Shown piece by piece: positions 26,050 to 34,530 of a DNA stretch of 42,190 nt. Below the pieces are notes generated by a model, which searched no databases, was not told the origin of the DNA, and worked only from the letters and a program-made list of their open reading frames with translations. The stretch is from Candidatus Micrarchaeia archaeon (GTDB taxonomy: Archaea > Micrarchaeota > Micrarchaeia > Norongarragalinales > UBA8480), in contig JBAMLY010000005.1 in the NCBI GenBank assembly GCA_039794045.1, positions 1-42,190 of the forward strand, in the 5' to 3' direction. Numbering within the stretch: position 1 is the stretch's first letter; every line of letters begins with the position of its first letter. Made by a program: the position numbers and the translations under genes.

Positions 26050-26369
26050 ACGCGCGCCAGCAAGGCTGCTTGCAACGCAAGCTTTTTATTCCGCCGCGCA
26101 GTAGTTTTTGAGAGTATATGTCGCCGCTAGAACAAGTTTGGCAAATGTTCACTAATTGTTTCTCTAGCGGCCGCAACGCAGTACCCGTGCCCTGGGCGCG
26201 CTCAAACAAACGCAATCGCGGCTGACGGGATGACGCGTTTTACGTTGCTCTCTTGAAACGCAGACCAACCAACAATTAGAGCAGCCGCAATGCTTTGCGT
26301 CAACGCTTGCCAACTAAAAAGGCGAGAACCGGGAAATCTGAGAGGTGAGAAAAAAAGTTCCGAACAGGA

Positions 26370-26476
26370 GGAAAAAGGGGTAGTGGGCCGAGAAGACGAA
26401 GGCATCCCAAGGAGGCAATCCGAGAAATCGAACAGCCTTGCAGTCTCTCGAGCCCCACTCGCGCAAAATTCGAGTT
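26370..26476 (-). ncRNA. Candidate ~105-nt structured non-coding RNA of unknown family
   Basis: TTTAAATA at 26504-26497; about 15-bp bulged stem 26459-26443/26397-26382, AAGGC/GCCUU helix and two apical hairpins; U5 and U7 tracts downstream. Confidence 0.45.
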
Positions 26477-26593
26477 AATAAATACCAAACAACAACTATT
26501 TAAATCTTACCAAAAAAATCCGTGACAGGCGAAAAAGCATTTAAACGCGGTTTCAAGGCTTGAAAATCCAAAATTCGCGCAAAAAAAACATTT

Positions 26594-27001
26594 TTATTGT
26601 TGTTTTTTTGACTTCAAATATGAGTTATTTTTTGCTTGCTTCATGAACTCTGCGAACCGCTGTTGCCTGTGCTCAAGCAAGGCGAACTGAAACTGGAAAA
26701 CGCCTAACACCACAACCAACGCGACAACCAAGGCCGCGATGGGAACAATGGTTTTCAAGTGAAACGAGGAAGCAATGATGGCGTCCTCACCCCCTAAAAC
26801 CAAGGGCATTACCGCGAAGCAAGCCCCAAAAACAAAGAAAAACAAGAAAACGAAGAAAATTCCTATCTTCAATTCAGGCGCCCTAGCGAAAGCCAGCAAG
26901 TCTGAAAGCGCGGCGGCGTCCACTACCGGCTCTCGCGCGTACTTCTCGTAAAGGCGCTTCAAGCGCCCGGAATCCACTACCCCCTTGCCGCGCTTTGCCA
27001 T
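26594..27001 (-). CDS. Hypothetical two-TM membrane protein
   Basis: Two hydrophobic segments and a basic C-terminus; ATG 27001 about 25 nt from a bidirectional TATA at 27026-27034. Confidence 0.65.
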   Translation of the reverse strand: MAKRGKGVVDSGRLKRLYEKYAREPVVDAAALSDLLAFARAPELKIGIFFVFLFFFVFGACFAVMPLVLGGEDAIIASSFHLKTIVPIAALVVALVVVLGVFQFQFALLEHRQQRFAEFMKQAKNNSYLKSKKQQ

Positions 27002-27054
27002 CGCAAACTGTGTAACAGAAAACAATTAATAAAACCTTTTTCATCAACCAGGAC

Positions 27055-27429
27055 ATGAAAAACAAGAAGCAAAGAAAAGCACTGCAAGCCAAGTGCTGCA
27101 GCCAAACAACGACGCTCGCAGCCGCGGCCGCCATAGCCGTGGTCCTAGCCTTGCTTTTGTACGCGGCAACACAGCAACCGCAAACACTTCAACAAAACAC
27201 TCCAACCACAATCAAGCCAGCACTCCCGCCTGCAACGCCGACCAACCCCCCGCAACCAACTCCCTCGCCTACTCCAGAAGCAAGAGAAGTACTGTCCGTC
27301 TTGCCTTCTCCAACGCCTTCGCTGCCCACAATCCCTGTCCCCACCCTTCAACCAATAGGCGGGAAATGCTACAACAACGCAGACTGCGCCAGCGGTTACT
27401 GCGACTCAGTAAGCGGAACTTGTTCCTAA
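27055..27429 (+). CDS. Hypothetical anchored surface protein: TM, Pro/Thr stalk, 4-Cys tip
   Basis: Hydrophobic anchor, PT-rich linker, C-terminal CYNNADCASGYCDSVSGTC. Confidence 0.72.
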   Translation: MKNKKQRKALQAKCCSQTTTLAAAAAIAVVLALLLYAATQQPQTLQQNTPTTIKPALPPATPTNPPQPTPSPTPEAREVLSVLPSPTPSLPTIPVPTLQPIGGKCYNNADCASGYCDSVSGTCS

Positions 27430-27437
27430 GCAAGCGC

Positions 27438-29399
27438 TTACTCGAACTCTCTCTTGATCTTGGCCAGCAACTCGTTCTTGCGCTGGCAAGGCTTCAGCGA
27501 GTGACTCAACACGTCGTATAGATTGCGGGCGGGCACTACCACTATCTTTTTCCTTTGCTCGGCATCCAAAACCAAGTCGCCAACGTTAGCGACAGGCAAA
27601 ACAAGTTTCTTTATTCCAGCCGCAATAGCTGCCTCTGCCTTCTGCGTGACGCCGCCCACCGGCAAAACCTCTCCCCGCACGCTCAAAGAACCAGTCATTG
27701 CGACGTCCTGTTGCACTGCAACCTCTTCTAAAGCAGAAATTACTGCCGTGGCAACGCTCACGCTCGCGCTGTCGCCTTCCACGCCCTCGTAAGTCTGCAA
27801 GAACTGCACGTGAATGTCGTAACGAGAAACATCTTTCCCAGTATGCCTCTTGACTATAGCGCTCACGTTCTCGACTGCCTCACGGGCAATCTCGCCCAGC
27901 TTGCCGGTAGCAATAATTCTTCCCTCTTCGCGAGAAGAACTGGGAGCAATCTCTGCCACCAAAGGCAGAATAAGCCCCGCATCACCCATTACTGCCAAAC
28001 CATTAACCCTCCCGACTGCAGCGCCGCGATTCATAAACACCTCGTAGTCCTTCCGCAAGTCAATTATTTGTTGTGCAGCCTGTTGCTCTAGAGTGCGCGC
28101 AACAGACAAAGCTTCGTCCACCTCGGCAGCCGAAACCACGCTCTTGCCTTTCTCGCGTGCAATGTCTCCCGCTGCGCGCACCAAGCCCCCCAACTCGCGC
28201 AACCGCAAAGTAAGCCTGCCCTTGCGCCCGGCCTTCCTGCGCGCTTCCTTAATCACGGCTTCCACGCCGCTGCGGTCAAAATGCGGAATCTTTCCGTCCT
28301 TAACCACTTCCTGCGCCACGAACTGCACTAGCTTGCCGCGGTTGGCTTCGTTGTCTTCCATGCTTTCCTCCATGTAAACCTCGTAACCGTAACCTCGAAT
28401 GCGCGAGCGAAGCGCTGGGTGCAAGCGGCTCAAGTCACCGTAATTGCCTGCCGCAACGAGCACGAAGTCACAGGGAACCGGCTCCGTCTTCACTTGCGCG
28501 CCACTAGACAACTCGCTTTGCCCAGTAATCGCGTACTTTTTTTCCTGCATGGCCGTCAGTAGCTCTTGCTGGCTCTTCGGGCGCAGCGTCGCAATCTCGT
28601 CGATAAACAAAACGCCTTTGTGGGCGCGGTGAATGGCGCCGGGCTCCACGCGCAAGTGCGGTGGAGTGCCGAGCCCACCGCTCTGGAACGGGTCGTGCCT
28701 CACGTCGCCTAGAAGCGAGCCCGCGCGAGAGCCGGTAGCGTCAATGAAGGGAGCCTTCTTTCTCCCGTAATTGTCTACCAAAAGCTTTAACTGCTCGCCC
28801 TCAACACCCATTCCCGGCAAGGCACGGCGCCCCAAAGCACTCGTGAAAGCCAGTGCCGCGACGACGAAGAAAACACCTATGAGCATGGCAGCCGTAATCA
28901 CGTCCCCGAATTGCTGCCTCCCCCAAAAAAGTAACGCGAAAGACGCCACGAAAACAAGCAACAACATCAACAACGCCGGATTGCTTCCTTCCACGCGCAA
29001 ATTCATTCGCGCTTGCTGGACGAGCTTTCTTCCCTCGCCCGCGCGCACTATGCGTACTTTCGGCTGGTTCTCGTCAGACGGATTGGGGGCAACCAGAATG
29101 TCTTCCAAGTGTTCTACTGGAAGCAATTCCGCCATCGCCTGCGCCAGCATGCTCTTGCCAGTGCCCGGAACGCCAGCCAGCAGCACGTGGCGCTTCTGGC
29201 GAGCCGCCTTCCTGATAATGTCTACTGCCTTGTCTTGCCCAATGATTTGGTCGGCGAGGCTCTCGCTGACTTTAACGTCAGCAGTAGAACGAAAATTCCT
29301 CCAAAACGACTCCGGCAAAACCTCGTCGCCGCCCCCGCGCCCGCCAACGCGTTGAGTTGAAGCACGAAGCCAGCCAGAACGCCTTGCTCTACCAGTCAC
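27438..29399 (-). CDS. lonB: ATP-dependent membrane-bound protease LonB
   Basis: QIIGQDKA, Walker [11 protein letters not shown] insert, [21 protein letters not shown], catalytic GDSAS and GGVTQK; start codon uncertain. Confidence 0.96.
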   Translation of the reverse strand: MTGRARRSGWLRASTQRVGGRGGGDEVLPESFWRNFRSTADVKVSESLADQIIGQDKAVDIIRKAARQKRHVLLAGVPGTGKSMLAQAMAELLPVEHLEDILVAPNPSDENQPKVRIVRAGEGRKLVQQARMNLRVEGSNPALLMLLLVFVASFALLFWGRQQFGDVITAAMLIGVFFVVAALAFTSALGRRALPGMGVEGEQLKLLVDNYGRKKAPFIDATGSRAGSLLGDVRHDPFQSGGLGTPPHLRVEPGAIHRAHKGVLFIDEIATLRPKSQQELLTAMQEKKYAITGQSELSSGAQVKTEPVPCDFVLVAAGNYGDLSRLHPALRSRIRGYGYEVYMEESMEDNEANRGKLVQFVAQEVVKDGKIPHFDRSGVEAVIKEARRKAGRKGRLTLRLRELGGLVRAAGDIAREKGKSVVSAAEVDEALSVARTLEQQAAQQIIDLRKDYEVFMNRGAAVGRVNGLAVMGDAGLILPLVAEIAPSSSREEGRIIATGKLGEIAREAVENVSAIVKRHTGKDVSRYDIHVQFLQTYEGVEGDSASVSVATAVISALEEVAVQQDVAMTGSLSVRGEVLPVGGVTQKAEAAIAAGIKKLVLPVANVGDLVLDAEQRKKIVVVPARNLYDVLSHSLKPCQRKNELLAKIKREFE

Positions 29400-29506
29400 T
29401 AAAAATCCACTCAAAACAAAGTTCAAGCAATCGTTTTATTATGCGTTTGCTTCTTTAAATTCCTTGATTATTCTGCGTTTAACGCGAAAAACGTGAAGTG
29501 ACTTAA

Positions 29507-30415
29507 ATGATTAGGGTAGCAGTCCTGGGTTCAAGCGCGTCCATGCCATCCAAAGAACGCGTTCCATCTTGCTTTGCTGTAAAGTACGGCGGAGTCTTCT
29601 TGTTCGACTGCTGCGAGGCAGCGCAACGACAGATGATGCGGTGCGGCGTCAGCTACGCGCAAACCAACTGCGTCTTTGTGAGCCACTTGCACGCAGACCA
29701 CTTTCTCGGAGTGTTCGGGTTAGTGCAGACGCTGAACTTTATTGGACGCAAGGACCCCCTCTACGTATTCGGCCCCAAAGGAACGCAGAAACTCTTTGAA
29801 ACCGTTTTCTCAGCCAGAGAACTCGCCCCAGAATTCACTGTCCGCGTGTTCGAAGTAAGCGAAACCAGCAAGCCAATATACGAAAACAAGTTGTTTTCAG
29901 TTCGAGCATTCGAAGTAGAACACGGCGCGAACGCGCTCGGCTACGTGTTAGAGGAAAGACCCTTCCGCAAGTTCGACTTGGAAAAAGCAGAGAAGCTTGG
30001 CGTGCCCCGCAAAATGTTCACGGAACTCGAGCGCAAAGGAGCAGTCAAAATCGCGGCGCCAGGCAAGCGCTCTAAGACCGTCAAGCTCGAGCAAATCACT
30101 TTCCTCAAGCCAGGAAAAAAAATAGTTTACACTGGCGACTCCCTTCCCTGCAAGGCGATCGAACGCGAAGCGAGAGGCGCTGACTTGCTGGTGCACGATG
30201 CCTGCTTTTCAGAAAAGGATGCCTTAATCGCTCAAGAAAAAAAGCACTCGACTGCCGCGGACGCGGCGCGCACAGCGAAAAAAGCAGGCGCAAAAAAACT
30301 CTTGCTCGCCCACATCAGCAACCGCTACGAAGACAGAAAGCCATTACTCGACGAAGCCAAGGCAATCTTTCCAGAAACAATAATAGCTGAAGAAGAAATG
30401 GAGTTGCTCGTATGA
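29507..30415 (+). CDS. rnz: Ribonuclease Z
   Basis: LGSS..P..R, FDC.E, SHLHADH, exosite arm, YTGD, HDA, HST, HISNRY. Confidence 0.94.
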   Translation: MIRVAVLGSSASMPSKERVPSCFAVKYGGVFLFDCCEAAQRQMMRCGVSYAQTNCVFVSHLHADHFLGVFGLVQTLNFIGRKDPLYVFGPKGTQKLFETVFSARELAPEFTVRVFEVSETSKPIYENKLFSVRAFEVEHGANALGYVLEERPFRKFDLEKAEKLGVPRKMFTELERKGAVKIAAPGKRSKTVKLEQITFLKPGKKIVYTGDSLPCKAIEREARGADLLVHDACFSEKDALIAQEKKHSTAADAARTAKKAGAKKLLLAHISNRYEDRKPLLDEAKAIFPETIIAEEEMELLV

Positions 30416-31074
30416 GCAAAGAAAAAACCAGGGAAGCCCGCGAGACAACGCCGACTGAAATAGAGCACGCGGAGGACAGCGAAGTGCGGCTCGTGGACGC
30501 GCCCTACGAGAAAAACTTCTTGAATGCCTTGCACTTCAATCCCATGGTCTGGTTCGCGCCCGGCGTGATGCTGCACGAGCTCTCGCACGCAGTAGTGCTG
30601 GTGTTATGCGGCGGGAGAGTGCGCGAAATAAAGTTGTGGGACAAAAAAAAAGCTTACGTGATAGGCTATAACGCGCCGCAGGCAGGCGTCCTGCTTACCA
30701 GCCTCGCGCCATTTCTCTTGTTCTTCCCGGCGTTCTACTTGCTCTCGTGGTCTTTCAGCGCCTTCTACGCTCAGGCAACGCAGGGCTTGTTTTGGCCGTT
30801 CTTGCTCTTCTGGCTCGGCCTTTCATGCACCATGTTCGCAATCCCGAGCACCGACGACTTGCAGAACGCGATAAAGCGATGCGGCAAGCTGCGCACGCCA
30901 GGCGAGAACGCGGTGTCGTGGATTCGCGCAATAATTCTTTTCATTCCCATGCTTGTGTTGGAAGCGCTTTTGTGGATAATGCTGTTGACAGTAAAGCCAA
31001 GCAGTAGCCTCCGCATGCTGATAGCGATTGGCTTCGTTTACTTCGCATCGCTTTACGGGGGCTACGCAGTGTGA
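30412..31074 (+). CDS. Membrane zinc metalloprotease, M50-like (HExxH)
   Basis: PGVMLHELSH, SLAP, PSTDD; several TMs; ATGA overlap with rnz. Confidence 0.75.
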   Translation: MSKEKTREARETTPTEIEHAEDSEVRLVDAPYEKNFLNALHFNPMVWFAPGVMLHELSHAVVLVLCGGRVREIKLWDKKKAYVIGYNAPQAGVLLTSLAPFLLFFPAFYLLSWSFSAFYAQATQGLFWPFLLFWLGLSCTMFAIPSTDDLQNAIKRCGKLRTPGENAVSWIRAIILFIPMLVLEALLWIMLLTVKPSSSLRMLIAIGFVYFASLYGGYAV

Positions 31075-31084
31075 GGTGCATCAA

Positions 31085-31579
31085 ATGAACGAGAAACTCG
31101 TTTACGTCTCAATAGCAGTCGTGGTAGCGCTCGGCATCGTAGCGTTCGCTTACGTGACTCAGCCCGCGTGCACTAACCCAACTCAAACACAAGTTAAGTT
31201 TTGCGGAGGCGACTTGAACGCCATAAAATCTGCTTTGAGTGGCAGGCAGCTGTCAATTCAAGCGCTTTACCCAGACGAGAGCACGAGCAGCCCCTGCGAG
31301 TTGAAGGCATGGCTTGAAGTCACTGCCGCTGCGTCGCGCGCAGGAGGGCAACCAAGAGTTTACGCGAACATAAACAACGAATACTGCCTCGAAAGCGCAG
31401 ACAACTCCACGCCGAGAACAGCTTGCCCGAAGGCAGACGTTTTATTGAAGCACGGCGAGTGTAACTGTATCAAGACGATTGCGGCGGAAAAGCGAGTGGA
31501 AATAGAGGGCAGCGAAGACTTTTTCTGCAACAACTCCGCCAAAATCGGTGCCGCAATCGCGGCGGCGCTCGCAAGCTAG
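31085..31579 (+). CDS. Hypothetical exported Cys-rich protein
   Basis: N-terminal TM/signal, eight cysteines, GAGGTG SD. Confidence 0.72.
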   Translation: MNEKLVYVSIAVVVALGIVAFAYVTQPACTNPTQTQVKFCGGDLNAIKSALSGRQLSIQALYPDESTSSPCELKAWLEVTAAASRAGGQPRVYANINNEYCLESADNSTPRTACPKADVLLKHGECNCIKTIAAEKRVEIEGSEDFFCNNSAKIGAAIAAALAS

Positions 31580-32460
31580 CCCCTTCCTTTCCTGCCCCCT
31601 TCTTTTTCTTCGCCTATCTTCCACTCGCGCTTTGGCTTGAGTTCTTGCAGTGCTTGCTCGACTTCCCTTAACAGCTGCCGCGTGCTTTCAGACTTGTAGT
31701 CCGCCGCCGGCGTTTCCAGCTTGGGAACCTGCGTTGGCGGAGCGCGAGATTCTCGCGCTTTCCTTTCAAGTTTTTCCAGGGTCTCGAAGCGCGGCTCTCT
31801 TTTTTCAAGGAAAGAAAAAAGCGATTTTTTCTCGGTTTTAATCAACGGTTTTTCTTCGCCAGTCTTCATCAACTCAAAAATGGATTGTTGTTGCTTGCGG
31901 TGCTTTAAGCGTTCTCTCTCGAAGTAACTGCGTTTCCTGCGCCTCGCATAAAAAACCGTTAACACCAGCAAGGCGGCAACTGCGGCGCCGCCGGCAAGCC
32001 AGTAAAGCAAGCCGTTATCACTCTCTCTTTTTTCCTGTTGCGGTGAAACAACAAGGGAAGAGACTGGGTTCACGCGTACTTTGAAGGCTATTACTTGGCT
32101 TTCGTTCTCATTAGAAGCACGCAGCTTCAATAGCAAAAGCCCGGAAGCAAGAGGGCTGGAGTTGAGGGACAAAAAAAGTTTGTCGTCTGACGCAGAGAAA
32201 GAATTTTGCTTCCAGCCAGTAGGAAGAAAAGCTAGTTCCGCGGAAAGCGAAGTCCACCGCGAGAGAGGCTCTCCTGGCGCGGAAGCGCTTGCTTCCACCT
32301 CGAAAACAATTGGTTCGCCTGCAGAAATAGTGCCAGCGTCTTCGACGTGGTTGTAGTCGCTTGAAAGGAACACTGCGCTAACCGGCGAAACCACTGTGAC
32401 TTGAGTCGCTGAAGCAAGTGAAGCGAACAACAACAACGCGAAAAACTCTTTCAAGCCCAT
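31576..32460 (-). CDS. Hypothetical single-pass membrane protein
   Basis: Signal peptide, beta-rich ectodomain, TM followed by RRRKR, charged cytoplasmic tail. Confidence 0.72.
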   Translation of the reverse strand: MGLKEFFALLLFASLASATQVTVVSPVSAVFLSSDYNHVEDAGTISAGEPIVFEVEASASAPGEPLSRWTSLSAELAFLPTGWKQNSFSASDDKLFLSLNSSPLASGLLLLKLRASNENESQVIAFKVRVNPVSSLVVSPQQEKRESDNGLLYWLAGGAAVAALLVLTVFYARRRKRSYFERERLKHRKQQQSIFELMKTGEEKPLIKTEKKSLFSFLEKREPRFETLEKLERKARESRAPPTQVPKLETPAADYKSESTRQLLREVEQALQELKPKREWKIGEEKEGGRKGRG

Positions 32461-32527
32461 CTTGCCCACGAAAAAAAGAAATTCGAGGCGCTTAAAAAAC
32501 ATGAGTGCCTAAAAAATAGTGGGTTTA

Positions 32528-33016
32528 ATGGAGCCAAGATTTGAAGTAGTTGAAGTTAAAACGCCTGAAAACTGCAACGTAATTTTGGGGCAGACGCACT
32601 TCATTAAGAGCGCGGAAGACTTATACGAAGCCATAGCGGAATCGAGTTCGTCAGTCAAGTTCGGCGTCGCCTTCTGCGAGGCCAGCGGGGAAAGACTCGT
32701 GCGCAGCGAAGGCAACAACGAAGAACTCCAGAAAGCCGCAGAACAAGCCGCGCTCGCGATAGGCGCGGGACACGTTTTCGTGGTGTTCTTGCGTGACGCG
32801 TTTCCCATCAACGTATTGAACCGCATCAAGAGCGTGAGCGAAGTGTGTTGCGTTTACTGTGCTACCGCCAACCCCTTGCAGGTAATCGTTGCAGAGACGA
32901 GTGCTGGAAGGGGCGTGGCTGGCGTGATAGACGGCGCGACTCCCTTGGGCGTGGAAGGAGAAAAACAAAGAAGGGAACGCCGCCAGCTTTTGCGCAAGTT
33001 CGGCTACAAGAAGTGA
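32528..33016 (+). CDS. Adenosine-specific kinase family protein
   Basis: NVILGQTHFIK..EDLYE, FGVAFCEASG, GAGH.F, FPINVLN, CATANP, GRGV.GVIDG, R..LLR.FGYK. Confidence 0.92.
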   Translation: MEPRFEVVEVKTPENCNVILGQTHFIKSAEDLYEAIAESSSSVKFGVAFCEASGERLVRSEGNNEELQKAAEQAALAIGAGHVFVVFLRDAFPINVLNRIKSVSEVCCVYCATANPLQVIVAETSAGRGVAGVIDGATPLGVEGEKQRRERRQLLRKFGYKK

Positions 33017-33023
33017 GCTTGAA

Positions 33024-34526
33024 ATGCTTTTGAACGAGAATGAGTTGAGAGTGCTTAAGGCGCTCGAGGAAAGAAAAGACTTTGCCGCGGCAACTGAAGT
33101 GGCTTCGGCGGCCGGGCTGGCCTACCACGCGCTAATGAGCGTGCTGGCCGGCTTAGAGGAAAACGGCTTGGTTGCAGTCAAGAAGCAGTCTTCCTCGCTT
33201 GTTCAGCTCACTGTAGAAGGAAGTGCTTATGCTGCGAAGGGAACGCCGGAACGCAGGCTCGCGAAAGCGTTGAAGGAACTGGGGGGAAGCGCGCCGCTCC
33301 AGAAAGCACTCGAAAAAGCTGGTTTGGATGCCAAGGAAAAACCAATTGCCTTGCGTTGGGCAAAGGAATTGAAGTGGATTGCCTTAAAGCCAGGCGTTGA
33401 AGTCGCGGCCGAGCTGTTGAATGACGAGAAAAGCGATGTGGAAGAAGTCTTGGCTGAAGCGGCGGGAAAAGAGTTTTTGCCTGCCACTGCAGTGGGAGAA
33501 AAGACTTTGAAGACTCTGTTATTGCGCGGCCTAGCGAAAACCATTGAACAAAAAACTGTTCTCGCAAGAATCACTGGCGATGGAGCGAAGGCGTTGCGCG
33601 ACGCCGGCGAAGGCGCCGAGAAAATGGTTTCCCAGCTGACTCCAGAAATGTTGAAGCTCGGAACTTGGAAGCAACACAAGTTTAAGCCCTACGACGTGCG
33701 CACGATTGCAGCATCTGCTGCAATAGGGTTGAAGCACTACTATAAAGAGTTCCTCGAAGAAATACGAAGGCAGCTCATAGGAATGGGTTTCAAGGAAGTG
33801 CACGGTCCCCTAATTGAAACCGAGTTCTGGAACATGGACGCGTTGTACATGGCGCAAGACCACCCCGCGCGAGAAATCCACGACATTTTTCACTTGCTCG
33901 AGCCGACGAGGGGCGCAGTGGCAGACAAGGAACTATTAAAGCGAGTAAGGAAAGCGCACGAGGAAGGCGTGGCCGGAAGCAGGGGCTGGCAATACGAGTG
34001 GGACGCCGCCACCGCCGAAAGGCTGGTAATGCGTTCTCACACCACGCCAGTGAGCGCCCGCAACCTCGCGAGGGGACTCAAGCCGCCAGCTCGCTTGTTC
34101 TGCATAGGGAAAGTATTCCGTCCAGACGAGATAGACTGGAAGCACTTCATTGAATTCAATCAGTGCGAGGGAATAGTTGCGGACGAGGCAATGAACTTCC
34201 GCGAGCTCTTGGGCTACTTGAAGACTTTCGCAACCGAAATCTTTGGAGCTGAAAGCGTGAAATTCGTTCCTTCTTACTTCCCGTTCACTGAGCCGAGCGT
34301 GGAACTGCACGCAAAAATACCTGGAAAAGGGTGGGCTGAAGTGGGCGGCGCAGGAATGTTCAGGCCCGAAATGCTTGAAGCTCTCCAAGTCGAAGTGCCC
34401 GTCCTCGCGTGGGGCCTCGGAATAGACCGCCTAGCAATGATTCGCTTGAACGTGAAAGACATTCGTGACTTGCACTCGTTCGACGAGAAACTGTTGCGGG
34501 AAGCACCCCGCCTAACAACATGGTGA
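33024..34526 (+). CDS. pheS: Phenylalanyl-tRNA synthetase alpha subunit
   Basis: FWNMDAL..QDHPARE..D.F, RSHTT, VFRPDE.D..H..EF.Q, YFPFTEPS, GAGMFRPE, AWGLG.DR. Confidence 0.97.
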   Translation: MLLNENELRVLKALEERKDFAAATEVASAAGLAYHALMSVLAGLEENGLVAVKKQSSSLVQLTVEGSAYAAKGTPERRLAKALKELGGSAPLQKALEKAGLDAKEKPIALRWAKELKWIALKPGVEVAAELLNDEKSDVEEVLAEAAGKEFLPATAVGEKTLKTLLLRGLAKTIEQKTVLARITGDGAKALRDAGEGAEKMVSQLTPEMLKLGTWKQHKFKPYDVRTIAASAAIGLKHYYKEFLEEIRRQLIGMGFKEVHGPLIETEFWNMDALYMAQDHPAREIHDIFHLLEPTRGAVADKELLKRVRKAHEEGVAGSRGWQYEWDAATAERLVMRSHTTPVSARNLARGLKPPARLFCIGKVFRPDEIDWKHFIEFNQCEGIVADEAMNFRELLGYLKTFATEIFGAESVKFVPSYFPFTEPSVELHAKIPGKGWAEVGGAGMFRPEMLEALQVEVPVLAWGLGIDRLAMIRLNVKDIRDLHSFDEKLLREAPRLTTW

Positions 34527-34530
34527 CGAA

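Noticed and set aside
26215..26256. Box C/D guide RNA suggested by CTGA...ATGACG
   Set aside because: Only a D'/C'-like pair is present; no upstream RUGAUGA C box and no proper terminal CUGA
26397..26445. SECIS-like or c-di-GMP-riboswitch-like fragments on + (GAA...A, GGCAA-CGA-GAAA-UCG)
   Set aside because: Geometry does not fit either consensus, no in-frame UGA selenoprotein candidate was seen, and no downstream gene lies on that strand
26420..26460. tRNA-like pieces on the minus strand (CUGCAAG and GUUCGAUU)
   Set aside because: No cloverleaf can be built: no D arm, T stem or acceptor stem in the correct register
26290..26488. 62-aa ORFs on either strand of the intergenic region
   Set aside because: No recognisable motif or SD; the minus-strand ORF starts upstream of the predicted TSS; the sequence is better explained by RNA structure
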